In this document: positions 13,390 to 26,404 of the stretch, piece by piece | How the letters are laid out: the number at the start of each line of letters is the position of its first letter | Position numbering within the stretch: the first letter of the stretch is position 1 | NCBI GenBank assembly: GCA_030390025.1 | Contig: JASTWF010000109.1 | Span: forward strand, 248,001 to 312,000 | Direction of reading: 5' to 3' | DNA length: 64,000 nt | Origin: Squalus acanthias | Lineage: Eukaryota | The notes under the pieces: generated by a model | The model's input: the letters and a program-made list of their open reading frames with translations, nothing else | What the model was told of the DNA's origin: nothing | Databases searched by the model: none | Translations under genes and position numbers: made by a program

Positions 13390-16300
13390 GTGTCTATGTG
13401 TTGATGTGTGTGTTAATGCGGGTGTCTGTGCGTGTTGTGTTTAAGGGTGTGTGTGTGTTGATGTGTGTGTTAATGCGGGTCTATGTGTGTGTTGTGTGTA
13501 AGTGTGTGTGGGTGTTGATGTGTGTGTTAATGCGGGTGTCTGTGTGTGTTTTGTGTAAGGGTCTGAGTGGGTTGATGTGTGTGTTAATGCGGTTGTCTGT
13601 GTGTGTTGTGTATAAGGGTGTGTGTGTGTTGATGTGTGTGTTAATGCGGGTGTCTGTGTGTTGTGTGTAAGGGTGTGTGTGTGTTGATATGTATGTTAAT
13701 GCGGGTGTCTGTGTCTGTTGTGTGTAAGGGTGTGTGTGTGTTGATGTGTGTGTTAATGCGGGTGTCTATGTGTGTTGTGAGTAAGTGTGTGTGTGTGTGT
13801 TGTGTGTGTTAATGTGAGTGTCTGTGTGAGTTTTGTGTATGGGCGTGTGTGTGTTGATGTGTGTGTTAATGCGGGTGTCTGTGTGTGTTTTATGTAAGGG
13901 TGTGTGTGTTAATGTGTGTGTTAATGCGGGTGTCTGTCTGTGTTGTGTGTAAGGATGTGTGTGTCTTGATGTGTGTGTTAATGTGGGCGTCTGTGTGTGT
14001 TTTGTATAAGGATGTGTGTGTTGTTGTGTGTGTTAATGCGGGTGTCTGTGTGTTTTGTGTAAGGGTGTGTGTGTGTTTATGTGTGTGTTAATGCGGGCGT
14101 CTGTGTGTGTTTTGTATAAGGGTGTGTGTGTGTTGTTGTGTGTGTTAATGCCGGTGTCTATGTGTGTTTTGTGTAAGGGTGTGTGTGTGTTGATGAGTGT
14201 GTTAATGCGGGCGTCTGTGTGTGTTTTGTGTAAGGGTGTGTGTGTGTTGTTGTGTGTGTTAATGCGAGTGTCTGTGTGTGTTGTGTGTAAGGGTGTGTGT
14301 GTGTTGATGTGTGTGTTAATGCGGGTGTCTGTGTGTGTTGTGTGTAAGGATGTGTGTGTGTTGATGTGTGTGTTAATGCGGGTGTATGTATGTGTTGTGT
14401 GTAAGGGTGTGTGTGTGTTGTTGTGTTTTTTTGCGGGTGTCTGTGTGTGTTGTGTGTGTTAATGCGGTTGTATGTGTGTTGTGTGTCAGGGTGTGTGTGT
14501 GTTAATGCGGGTGTCTGTGTGTCTTGTGTGTAAGGGTGTGTGTGTCTTGATGTGTGTGTTAATTCGGGTGTCTGTGTGTGTTGTGTGCAAGGGTGTGTGT
14601 GTCTTGATGTGTGTGTTAATGCGGGTGTTTTTGTGTTGTGTGTAAGGGTGTGTGTGTGTTGATGTGTGTGTTAATGAGGGTATCTGTGGGTGTGTTGTGT
14701 TTAAGGGTGTGTATGTGTTGATGCGTGTGTTAATGCGGGTGTCTGTGTGTTTTGTGTGTAGGGGTGTGTGTGTGTTGATGCGTGTGTTAATGCGGATGTC
14801 TGAGTGTGTTGTTTTTGTAAGTTGTGTGTGTGTTGTTGTGTGTTTTAATGCAGGTGTCTGTATGTCTTTTGTGTAAGGGTGTGTGTATATTGATGTGTGT
14901 GTTAATGCGTGTATTTTTGTGTGTTGTGTGTAAGGGTGTGTGTGTGTTGATGTGTGTTAATGCGGGTGTCTGTGTGTTGTGTGTAAGGGTGTGTGTGTGT
15001 TGAGGTGTGTGTTATTGCGGTTGTCTGTGTATGTTGTGTGTAAGGGAGTGTGTGTGTGTTGTGTGTGTTAATGCGGTTGTCTGCTTGTGTTGTTTGTAAG
15101 GGTGTGTGTGTGTTGATGTGTGTGTTAATGCGGGTGTCTGTGTGCGTTGTGTGTAAGGATGTGTGAGTGTTGATGTGTGTGTTAATGCGGGTGTCTGTGC
15201 GTGTTGTGTGTAAGAGTGTGTGTGTGTTGTATGTGTTAATGCGGATGCCTGTGTTTGTTGTGTGTAAGGTTGTGTTTGTGTTGATGTGTTTGTTAATGCG
15301 GGTGTCTGAGTTTGTTTTGTGTGTTGGGGTGTGTGTGTGTTCATGTGTTTGTTAATGTGGGTGTCTTTGTGTGTTTTGTGTCAGGGTGTGTGTTGTTGTG
15401 TGTATTTTTGCGGGTGTCTGTGCGTGTTTTCTGTAATGATGTGTTTGTGTTGATGTGTGTGTTAATGCGGGTGTCTGTGTCTGTTGTCCGAAAGGGTGAG
15501 TGTGCGTATTGTGTGTGTGTTAATGCGGGTGTCTGTGTGTGTTTTGTGTAATTATATGTGTGTTTTGTTGTGTGTGTTAATGCGGGTGTCTGTGTGTGTT
15601 TTTTGTATGGGTGTGTGTGTGTTGATGTGTGTGTTTTTGCGGGTGTCTGTGTGTGTTTTGTGTAATGATGTGTGTGTGTTGTTGTGTGTGTTAATGCGGG
15701 TGTCTGTGTGTGTTTTTTGTATGGGTGTGTGTGTGTTGATGTGTGTGTTTTTGCGGGTGTCTGTGTGTGTTGTGTGTAAGGGTGTGTGTGTTTTGTGTGT
15801 GTTAATGCGAGTGTCTGTGTGTGTTTTGTGTAAGGGTGTGTGTGTTGATGTGTGTGTTAATGCGTGTGTCTGTGCGTGTTGTGCGTAAGTGCGTGTGTGT
15901 TGTTCTGTGTGTTAATGCGGGTGTCTGTGTGCGTTGTGTGTAAGTGTGTGTGTGTGTTGTTGTGTGTGTTAATGCGGGTGTCTCAGTGTGTTGTGTGTAA
16001 GGGTGTGTGTGCGTTGATGTGTGTGTTAATGCGGGGTGTCTGTGTGTGTTGTGTGTAAGTGTGTGTATGTGTTGAAATGTGTGTTAATGCGGGTGTCTGT
16101 GTATATTGTGTGTAAGGGAGTGTGTGTGTTGTTCTGTGTGTTAATGCGGGTGTCTGTGTGCGTTGTGTGTAAGGGTGTGTGAGTGTTGATGTGTGTGTTA
16201 ATGCGCGTGTCTGTGCGTGTTGTGTGCATGGGTGTGTGTGTTTCGATGCTTGTGTTAATGCGGGTATCTGTGTGTTTTGTGTGTAAGATTGTGTGTGTGA

Positions 16301-19300
16301 TAATGCGTGTGTCTGTGTGTGTTTTGTGCAAGGGTGTGTGTGTTGTATGTGTTAATGCGGGTGCCTGTGTTTGTTGTGTGTAAGGTTGTGTTTGTGTAGA
16401 TGTGTGTCTTAATGCGAGTGTCTGTATTTGTTCTGTGTAAGGGTGTGTGTGTTGATGTATATGTGACTGCGGGTGTATGTGTGTGTTGTCTGAAAGGGAG
16501 TGTGTTTTTTGGATGTGTGTGTTAATGCGAGTGTCTTTGTGTGTTTTGTTTAAGGGTGTGTGTTTGTTGTATGTGTGTTAATGCGGGTGTCTGTGTGTGT
16601 TGTGTGTAAGGGTGTGTGTGTGTTGATGTGTGTGTTAATGCGGGTGTTTTTGTGTTGTGTGTAAGGGTGTGTGTGTGTTGATGTGTGTGTTAATGCAGTT
16701 GTCTGTGGGTGTGTTGTGTGTAAGGGTGTGTATCTGTTGATGCGTGTGTTAATGCGGGTGTCCGTGTGTGTTGTGTGTAAGGGTGTGTGTGTGCTGATGT
16801 GTGTGGTAATGCGGGTCTCTGTGTGTGTTGTGTGTAAGGGTGTGTGTGTGTTGAAATGTGTGTAAATGCGAGTGTCTGTGCGTGTTGTGTGTAAGGGTGT
16901 GTGTGTGTTAAAATGTGTGTTAATGCGGGTGTCTGTGTATGCTGTGTGTAAGGGAGTGTGTGTGTGTTGTGTCTGTTAATGCAGGTGTCTGTTTGTGTTG
17001 TGTGTAAGGGTGTATGTGTTTTGAACTGTGTGTTAATGCGGTTGTCTGTTTGTGTTGTGTGTAAGGGTGTGTGTGTGTTGTTGTGCGTATTAATGCGCGT
17101 GTCTGTGCGTGTTGTGTGCATGGGTGTGTGTGTTTCGATTCGTGTGTTAATGCGGGTGTCTGCGTGTTTTGTGTGTATGAGTGTGTGTGTGTTGTACTTG
17201 TTAATGCGGGTGGCTGTGTTTGTTGTGTGTAAGGTTGTGTTTGCGTTTATGTGTGTGTTAATGCGGGTTTTTGAGTGTGTTTGGTGTGTTGGGGTGTGTG
17301 TGTGTTGATGTGTTTTTAATGCGGGTGTCTTTGTGTGTTTGTGTAAGGGGGTGTGTTGATGTGTGTGTGAATGCGGGTGTCTGTGTGCGTATTGTTTAAG
17401 GGTGTGTGTGTGTTGTGTGTGTGTGTTAATGCGGGTGTCTGTGTGTGTTTGTGTGCAAGTGTGTGTGTGTGTTGACGTGTGAGTTATTGTGGGTGCCTGT
17501 TGTGTGTTGTGAGTGTTAATACGGGTGTCTGTTTGTGTTTTGTGTAAGGGTGTGTCTGTGTTGATGTGTGTGTTAATGCGGGTGTGTCTGTGTGTTTTGT
17601 GTAAGGGTGTGTGTGTGTTGGTATGTGTATTAATGAGGGTGTCAGTGTGTGTGTTATGTGTAAGGGTGTGTTTATGTTGTTGTGTGTGTTAATACGGGTG
17701 TCTGTGTGTGTTGTGTTTAAGGGTGTGTGTGTGTTGTTGTGTGTGTTAATACGGGTGTCTGTGTGTTGTGTGTAAGGGTGTGTGTGTTAGCTGATGTGAG
17801 TGTTAATGCGGGTGTCTGAGTGTGTTGTGTGTAAGGGTGTGTGTGTGTTGATGTGTGTGTTAATGTGGGTGTCTCTGTGTGTTCTCTGTAAGGGTGTGTT
17901 TGTGTTGATGTGTCTGTGTTAATGCGGGTGTCTGTGTGTGTTTTCTGTAAGTGTGTGTATGTGTTCTGTGTGTGTTAATGCGGGTGTCTGTGTGTGTTGT
18001 ATGTAAGAGTGTGTCTGTTTTGATGTGTGTGCTAATGCGGATGTCTGTGTGTGTTGTGTGTAAGGGTGTGTGTGTTCTGTGTGTATTAATGCGTGTAACT
18101 GTGTGTGTTGTGTGTAAGGTTGTGTGTGTGTTGATGTGTGTGTTAATGCGGGAATATGTGGGTGTGTTGTTTGTGTTAATAGGGGTGTCTGTATGTGTTC
18201 TGTGTAAGGGTGTGTGTCTGTTCTGTGTGTATTAATGCGTGTGTCTAGGTGTGTTGTGTGTAAGGGTGTGTGTGTTGATGTGTGTGTTAATGCGGGTGGT
18301 TGTGGGGGTTGTGTGTAATGGTGTGTGTTTGTTGTTGTGTGTGTTATTTCGGGTTTCTGCGTGTGTTGTGTGTAATGGTGTGTGTGTGTGTTTATGTGTT
18401 TGTTAATGCGGTTGTCTGTGTGTGTTGTGTGTAAGTGTAACTGTGTGTTGATGTCTCTGTTAATGCGAGTGTCTGTGTCTTGTGTAAGGTTGTGTGTGTG
18501 CTTTGTGTGTGTTAATGCGGGTGTCTGTGTGTGTTATGTGTAAGGGTGTGTGTGTGTGTTGATGTGTGTGTTAATGCGCGTGTCTGTGTGTGTTGTGTCT
18601 AAGTCTGTGAGTATTGATGTGTGTGTTAATGCGGGTGTCTGTGTGTGTTGTGTGTAAGGGTGCGTGTGTGTTGTGTCTGTTATGCGGTTGTATTTGAGTG
18701 TTGTGTGTAAGTGTGTGTGTCTGTGTTGATGTGTGTATTAATGTGGTTGTCTGTGTGTGTTTTGTGTCAGGGTGTGTGTGTTCTGTGTGTATTAATGCGG
18801 CTGTTTCTGTGTGTCGAGTGTAAGGGTGTGTTTGTGTTGATGTGTGTGTTAATGCAGGTGTCTGTCTGTGTTGTGGGTAATGGTGTGTGTGTGTGTTGTT
18901 GTGTGTGTTAATGCCGGTGTCTGTGTGTGTTGTGTGTAAGTGTGTGTGTTTGTTGAGTGTGTGTTAATGCGGGTGTCCGTGTGTGTGGTGTGTAAGTGTG
19001 TGTGTGTGTTGATGTGTGTGTGTTAATTCGGGTGTCTGTGTGTGTTTTGTGTAAGGGTGTGTGTGCGTTGATGTGTGTGTTAATGCGGGTTTCTGTGAGT
19101 GTTTTGTGTAAGGGTGTGTGTGAGTTGATGTGTGTGTTAATGCGGGTGTCTGTTTGTGTTGTGTGCAAGGGTGCGTGTGTGTTGATGTGTGTGTTAATGC
19201 GGGTGTGTGTGTGTGTGTTTTGTGTCAGGGTGTGTGTGTGTTGATGTGTGTGTTAATGCGGATGTCTGTGTGCGTTTTGTGTGTAAGGGTGTGTCTGTGT

Positions 19301-22300
19301 TGAAGTGTGTGTTAATGCGGGTGTCTGTGTGTATTTTGTGTGTAAGGGTGTGTCTGTGTTTATGTCTGTGGCAATGCGTGCAACTGTGAGTGTTTTGTGC
19401 TAAGGGTGTTTGTGTGTTGTGCGTGTGTTAATGCGGGTGTCTGTGTGTGTTGTGTCTAAGGGTGTGTGTGTGTTGTGTGTGTGGTAATGCGGGTGTCTGT
19501 GTGTGTTGTGTGCAAGGGTGTGTGTGTTGATGTGTGTGTTAAATCGGGTGTCTGTGTGTGTTGTGTGTAAGGGAGTGTGTGTGTTAATGTGTGTGTTAAT
19601 GCCGGTGTCTGTGTGTGTTTTGTGTAAGGTTGTGTCTGTGTTGATGTGTGTGTTAATGCGGGTGTCTGTGTGTGTTGTGTGTAAGGGTGTGTGTATGTTG
19701 ATGTGTGTGTTAATGCGGGTGTCTGTGTGTTTTGTGTCCAAGGGTGTGTGTATTGATGTGTGTGTTAATGCGGGTGGTTGTGTGTGTTGTGTGTAAGGCT
19801 GTGTGTGTGTTGTTGTGTGTGTTAATGCGGGTGTCTGTGTGTGTTTTGTGTAAGAGTGTGTGCATGTTGATGTGTGTGTTAATGCGGGTGTTTTTGTGTT
19901 TTGTGTAAGGGTGTGTGTTAGTTGATGTGTGTGTTAATGCGAGTATCTGTGTGTGTTTTGTGTAAGGGTGTGTGTTAGTTGATGTTTGTGTTAATGCGGG
20001 TGTTTGTGTGTTTTGAGTATAAGGGTGTGTTTGCGTTGATGTGTGTGCTAATGCGGGTGTCTGTGTGTGTTGTGTGTATGGGTGTGTGTGCGTTGATGTG
20101 TGTGTTAATGCGGGTGTCTGTGTGTGTTGTGTGTAAGCGTGTGTGTTGATGTGTGTGTTAATGCGGGTGTCTGTGTGTGTTTTGTGTAAGGGAGTGTGTG
20201 TGTTGATGTGTGTGTTAATACGGGTGTCTGTGTGTTGTGTGTAAGGGTGTGTGTATTAGCTGATGTGAGTGTTTATGCGGGTGTCTGAGTGTGTTGTGTG
20301 TAAGGGTGTGTGTGTGTTGATGTGTGTGTTAATGTGGGTGTCTCTGTGTGTTCTCTGTAAGGGTGTGTTTGTGTTGATGTGTCTGTGTTAATGCGGGTGT
20401 CTGTGTGTGTTTTCTGTAAGTGTGTGTATGTGTTGTGTGTGTGTTAATGCGGGTGTCTGTGTGTGTTGTGTGTAAAGGTGTGTGTGTTTTCTGTATGTAT
20501 TAATGCGGGTGTCTGTGTGTGTTGTATGTAAGAGTGTGTCTGTTTTGATGTGTGTGCTAATGCGGATGTCTGTGTGTGTTTTGTGCAAGGGTGTGTGTGT
20601 TATGTGTGTATTAATGCGTGTAATTGTGTGTGTTGTGTGTAAGGTTGTGTGTGTGTTGATGTGTGTGTTAATGCGGGAATATGTGGGTGTGTTGTTTGTG
20701 TTAATAGTGGTGTCTCTATGTGTTCTGTGTAAGGGTGTGTGTCTGTTCTGTGTGTATTAATGCGTGTGTCTGATTGTGTTGTGTGTAAGGGTGTGTGTGT
20801 TGATGTGTGTGTTAATGCGGGTGGTTGTGGGTGTTGTGTGTAATGGTGTGTGTGTGTTGTTGTGTGTGTTAATTCGTGTTTCTGCGTGTGTTGAGTGTAA
20901 TGGTGTGTGTGTGTTGATGTGTGTGTTAATGCGGTTGTCTGTGTGTGTTGTGTGTAAGTGTAACTGTGTGTTGATGTCTGTGTTAATGCGAGTGTCTGTG
21001 TCTTGTGTAAGGTTGTGTGTGTGCTTTGTGTGTGTTAATGCGGGTGTCTGTGTGTGTTATGTGTAAGGGTGTGTGTGTGAGTTGATGTGTGTGTTAATGC
21101 GCGTGTCTGTGTGTGTTGTGTCTAAGTCTGTGAGTATTGATGTGTGTGTTAATGCGGGTGTCTGTGTGTGTTGTGTGTAAGGGTGCGTGTGTGTTGTGTC
21201 TGTTATGCGGTTGTATTTGTGTGTTGTGTGTAAGTGTGTGTGTCTGTGTTGATGTGTGCATTAATGTGGTTGTCTGTGTGTGTTTTGTGTCAGGGTATGT
21301 GTGTTCTGTGTGTATTAATGCGCCGGTTTCTGTGTGTCGAGTGTAAGGGTGTGTTTGTGTTGATGTGTGTGTTAATGCAGGTGTCTGTCTGTGTTGTGGG
21401 TAATGGTGTGTGTGTGTGTTGTTGTGTGTGTTAATGCGGGTGTCTGTGTGTGTTGTGTGTAAGTGTGTGTGTTTGTTGAGTGTGTGTTAATGCGGGTGTC
21501 CGTGTGTGTGGTGTGTAAGTGTGTGTGTGTGTTGATGTGTGTGTGTTAATTCGGGTGTCAGTGTGTGTTTTGTGTAAGGGTGTGGGTGCGTTGATGTGTG
21601 TGTTAATGCGGGTGTCTGTGTGTGTTTTGTGTAAGGGTGTGTGTTTGTTGATGTTTGGGTTAATGCGGGTTTCTGTGAGTGTTTTGTGTAAGGGTGTGTG
21701 TGAGTTTATGTGTGTGTTAATGCGGGTGTCTGTGTGTGTTTTGTGTGTAAGGGTGTTTCTGTGTTGAAGTGTGTGTTAATGCGGGTGTCTGTGTGTGTTT
21801 TGTGTGTAAGGGTGTGTCTGTGTTTATGTCTGTGGCAATGCGTGCAACTGTGTGTGTTTTGTGCTAAGGGTGTTTGTGTGTTGTGTGTGTGTTAATGCGG
21901 GTGTCTGTGTGTGTTGTGTCGAAGGGTGTGTGTATTGATGTGTGTGTTAATGCGGGTGGTTGTGTGTGTTGTGTGTAAGGGTGTGTGTGTTTTGTTGTGT
22001 GTGTTAATGCGGGTGTCTGTGTGTGTTTTGTGTAAGAGTGTGTGTATGTTGATGTGTGTGTTAATGCGGGTGTTTTTGTGTTTTGTGTAAGGGTGTGTGT
22101 TAGTTGATGTGTGTGTTAATGCGAGTATCTGTGTGTGTTTTGTGTAAGGGTGTGTGTTAGTTGATGTGTGTGTTAATGCGGGTGTTTGTGTGTTTTGAGT
22201 GTAAGGGTGTGTTTGCGTTGATGTGTGTGTTAATGCGGGTGTCTGTGTGTGTTGTGTGTAAGGGTGTGTGTGTGTTGATGTGTGTGTTAATGCGGGTGTC

Positions 22301-22910
22301 TGTGTGTGTTGTGTGTAAGCGTGTGTGTTGATGTGTGTGTTAATGCGGGTGTCTGTGTGTGTTGTGTGTAAGCGTGTGTGTTGATGTGTGTGTTAATGCG
22401 GGTGTCTGTGTGTTTTGTGTAAGGGAGTGTGTGTGTTGATGTGTGTGTTAATGCGGGTGTTTGTGTGTGTTTTGTGTAAGGGTGTGTGTGTGTTGATGTG
22501 TGTGTTAATGCGGGTGTCTGTATGTTTTGTGTAAGGGTGTGTGTGTGTTGATGTGTGTGTTAATGCGGGTGTCTGTGTGTTTTGTGTAAGGGTGTGTGTT
22601 GATGTGTGTGTTAATGCGGGTGTCTGTGTGTGTTTTGTATAAAGCTGTATGTATTTTGTGTGAGTTAATGTGCGTGTCTCTGTGTATTTTGTGTAAGGGT
22701 GTTTGTGTGTTGTGTGTATTAATGCGGGTGACTTTGTGTGTTATTTGTACAGGTGTCTGTGTGCTGATGTGTGTGTTAATGCGGTTGTCTCTGTGTCTTT
22801 TCTGTAAGTGTGTGTGTGTCGATGTGTGTGTTTATGCGGGTGTATGTGTGTGTTTAATAATGCGGGTGTCTGTGCGTGTGTGTGTTTATAGTGATGTCTG
22901 TGTGTGTTTA
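13390..22910. repeat. ~9.5-kb GT-rich 57-bp minisatellite in the Cmu4b-TM1 intron
   Basis: Unit GTGTTAATGCGGGTGTCTGTGTGTGTTGTGTGTAAGGGTGTGTGTGTGTTGATGTGT; TTAAT anchors 57 nt apart (e.g. 14316, 14373). Confidence 0.96.
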
Positions 22911-23234
22911 TGTGTAAGTCTGCACACAGCGGGTGGAATGCAACATTTCAACCGATGGTCCCCAGCAACATCAGAGAAACAACCATGATAAATCAGGGGA
23001 GGATTCAATCATCAGCCCATATATTGGACTATCATAATATTCTGTTAGTTTACGAATAAAAGGGATACATTTACCCTAAACCTTATACTATGTTGAATAC
23101 ATGTTTTTTTTCCAATATGTTTCCCACGCGGTCATTTTAACGGTCTTCGAGCAGTGAGTTAGAAGCGGATTTTTAACTGATGACAACTGAGTTCAAAGAA
23201 TAGAGATTGAGTCACCTCCCCTTTCTCTGTCAGG

Positions 23235-23635
23235 GGAGTGGGAGGTACAGTGGGTTATCAATGGCCCTTTCCCCTCTGCCTGGTGTGGGAGTTGTGGTAC
23301 TGTTGGTTAACAATAGCCCTTTTCCCTCTCTCTGGTGGAGGAGTTGTGGTACAGTCGGTTAACAATTGCACTTTTTCCTCTCTCTGGTGGGACAGTTGTG
23401 GTACATTGGTTAACAATTGCCCTTTTCCTCTCTCTGGTGGGACAGTTGTGGTACATTGGTTAACAATTGCCCTTTTCCCTCTCTCTGGTGGGGGAGTTTT
23501 GGTACATTGGGTTAACAATAGCCCTTTTCCCTCTCTCTGGTGGGGGAGTTGTGGTACAGTGGGTTAACAATTGCCCTTTCCGCTCCCTCTGGTGGGGGAG
23601 TTGTGGTACAGTTGGTTAACAATTGACCTTTCCTC
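23235..23635. repeat. ~50-bp minisatellite (GTACAGTGGGTTAACAATTGCCCTTTTCCCTCTCTCTGGTGGGGGAGTTGTG-like), copy b
   Basis: Tandem units with a GTTAACAATTG core; period ~50 (23401, 23451). Confidence 0.9.
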
Positions 23636-23714
23636 ACATCAGTTCCCAGTGGCTGCGACGCTGCAAATTAAAACTGGTCCCAATTCTCAAGGGATGGACA
23701 ACACGGGAATCAGG

Positions 23715-23950
23715 GATAAAAATGGAAAGTGCTGGAAATACTCAGCAGGTCAGGCAGCATCTGTGCAAAGAGAAACAGAGTCAACGTTTTAGGTCGATGA
23801 CCTTCATCTAAATTGGCTGACATAGTGTCATCGACCTGAAACGGTGGCTCTGTTTCTCTCTGCACAGATGCTGCCTGAACCTATTGAGTATTTCCAGCAT
23901 TTTCTGTTTTTATCTCAGATTTCCACCAACCGCAGCATTTTGCTTTTGCT
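23715..23950. mobile_element. Palindromic Penelope-like/MITE-like element, copy b
   Basis: Arm GCTGGAAATACTCAGCAGGTCAGGCAGCATCTGTGCA... and its reverse complement ...TGCACAGATGCTGCCTGAACCTATTGAGTATTTCCAGC; family name is from recall. Confidence 0.6.
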
Positions 23951-24247
23951 GGATTAACAGGGAGACGGAGAACTAAATGCGTTGCGTTTGTTTGTCGAAA
24001 TGGGAATTTTAAGATTCCCCCCAGCGGGAGAAAAGTTGCTGAATTTACTTTGAGGAACCCTGTTATGAGAGAGCTTCACTCTGTCTCTAACTCGTGGTGT
24101 ATCTGAGCTGGGAGCGCTGGCTGTAAAAACCATGGACCCGAGACCCACAAACCCCCAACTTCAGATACAAAGCCCGCCCCTTGGCAACAATGGGAATCAC
24201 AATTTACTGAGCGGCTGTGTTTTAACTCACGGTTGGAAGAAAACGCA

Positions 24248-24263
24248 TTTATTGTTATTTATT
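24248..24263 (-). terminator. Two AATAAA signals for secretory mRNA (copy b)
   Basis: TTTATT at 24248 and 24258, ~30-45 nt after the stop codon. Confidence 0.85.
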
Positions 24264-24291
24264 TAAGAACTGAAATGCAATCGAGAGTTTC

Positions 24292-24683
24292 TCATTGACA
24301 AGAATTGACGGCGTCCATCAGTACAAGGGAAATGTTCAGAAAACTTGCTTTACCGCTGGATTTATTGACCGTTCTGGTGATGATCTTCAAGGGGATCGCT
24401 TCATGTCCCACCACACAGGAGTAAGAAGCGCCACTGGCCCACTCCTCCGCTGCAATGGATAACAGGCTGTAGATGAAGAAGGAACTGCTGCCGTTCTCCG
24501 CCATCACCTCGGTGTTCCTGTAGTTGCTGGAATTCACCGGCTTGTCATTGACGGTCCACTTGACGAAGATCTCTCGGGGGGAGAATCCTCTCCCAAAGCA
24601 GGTGAGGGTGACGGATCTCTGAGGGGAGACTTCTTCTGCCGAGGGCAGGAGGACAGACACGAACGGTTGCCGCTGATTTTTAG
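24292..24683 (-). CDS. IGHM: IgM Cmu4 copy b plus intact secretory tailpiece (internal donor after 24354)
   Basis: ctgcag|(A)[13 protein letters not shown]...[35 protein letters not shown]; tail has N-glycan sequon and penultimate Cys; donor G|GTAAAG. Confidence 0.95.
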
Positions 24684-25183
24684 CTGCAGGACAATTACAA
24701 GAAAGGACAATAAACTGGAGAATTCCAGATAAAATGATGGAGGTGGTTAGATGTGAGAGAAAGGATCTTTCCGCTGAATTTTGAAGATTTTCTTTTTCCC
24801 CTCTGGACCCTGTCCGGTTTCCAGCACGCAGCTGAGGAATATGCACTCCTTCTCTCTGAGAGCTTGAAGAGTTGAATTTACAGAACAGAAACAGGCCATT
24901 CGGCCCAACAGCTCTGTGCTGGTATTTATGCTCCACAGAAGACTCCTCCCACCTTAATTCATCTAACCCCAATAGCATATCCTTCTATTCCTTTTTCCAT
25001 CATGGACTTATCTAGTTTCCCCTGATGTGCATCATCTCCGGTCCCAGAATGTTTAGTTAGTGGAATTACCAATCTGAATTATCAGAGTAGTCCATTAAAG
25101 CACTTAATAGAACGAATCGGCACTTACACATCAACCGGAAATAGCCACAGTGTCTCACTTATTGCTACAATCTCACCGCTCAC

Positions 25184-25492
25184 CTGTTTCCTTGTGGATG
25201 GAAGCTCTTACAGCAGTCGGCATATCCTGATGGCTCACCACGCAGGTGAACTCATCCCCACTCAGCCAGGCTTGTGTCGAGATGTTTATGTTGCTGATCA
25301 CGCTGTTGGGATCCTCTCCGGGTTGAAGGGCAATCTCTGATTTCACAGTCTCCTTTCCTCGGGTCCAGGTCACGGTGACTCCATAAGGAGCATTAGACAC
25401 GACGCAGGTTAAGGTCACCGTTGTCTCCAGTAAGATCTGTTCTAGTGACGGCTGACGAAGAGTAATCACTGGATCGCTGCTTGTGATAGGAT
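25184..25492 (-). CDS. IGHM: IgM Cmu3 copy b
   Basis: ttcacag|(D)[11 protein letters not shown]...[12 protein letters not shown]...W...[10 protein letters not shown]...HKET G|gtgag; 309 nt, phase 1/1. Confidence 0.95.
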
Positions 25493-26194
25493 CTGTGAAA
25501 TAGAAATGAGTGTCAAGCAAAGCTTCATCTTCAGAATCAGGACACCAGTATTCAGCCATTACTGTCACAAGGGGAATAAATCACCTTTGTGATATCACCC
25601 AATCGCTGTTGCTTAAACACCATCGTTATTGGAAGGACAATGAATTGGCAACGAATCCGGGAGATTCTTTAACATTTCCTGTGTATTTGCTCCCAGAGCC
25701 TCCTGTAATGGGCTGTGAAGCAAGTACGCGGCGTAAAAAAAAGGATAAATTCGGGCGCAATTGTGTTAGGCACTGAATAGAGCTCTTGCCGAAATCCCTT
25801 GCTCCTTTACACCCGTCTGTAGATCCCGGGGCCCGAACACATCTCCGCTCCTTATAATGCCTCCGCCCCAAGGGGTCAAGAGCGCTACAGGAAAATTGCG
25901 CTGCTTCAAAACGGCTGTCAAATAAAATCCACCATTTTAGGTGGAACAGGAAAAAAGTGAATTTCCTGGTTTCTTCTTGCGATTTTTGGGGGCGATGAAA
26001 ATGAGCAGGAACCTGCTGCAGCCCCCGTCAGAGGAGAGGTGAAAGGTCGGCAGAATGGAGCTCCAAGGCCTCTTTTGTGGTGGGGAATAATTTGAAATGC
26101 CGGGGTGTGGTTGTTTGCTAATTTGTGTCATTATTGATCTTTTCTCATGTCTGGTGTGAGAGAGTCAGAATGAAGTATGACCGCAGGGCAGCAA

Positions 26195-26395
26195 TAGGAA
26201 CACAGGAACAGGAGGAGGCCATTCATCCCATCCAGCCTGTTCCGTCATTCAATGAGATCATGGCTGATCTGCACCTCAACACCATCTACCTGCATTGTTT
26301 CTGGAACCCTTGTAACCTTGACTAACAAAAATCTAACAATCTCTGTTTTGATATTTTCAATTGACGCCCAACTTCAACATCTTTTTGGGGGAGAG
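26195..26395 (-). mobile_element. LINE (CR1/L2-type) 3'-end fragment
   Basis: Reverse complement resembles the 3' tail of the LINE at ~55.9-56.1 kb. Confidence 0.6.
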
Positions 26396-26404
26396 ATTGT
26401 GAGA

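Noticed and set aside
13377-22988. Cys/Val-rich and Thr/His-rich ORFs
   Set aside because: Translations of the 57-bp GT array (19-aa period); no gene structure
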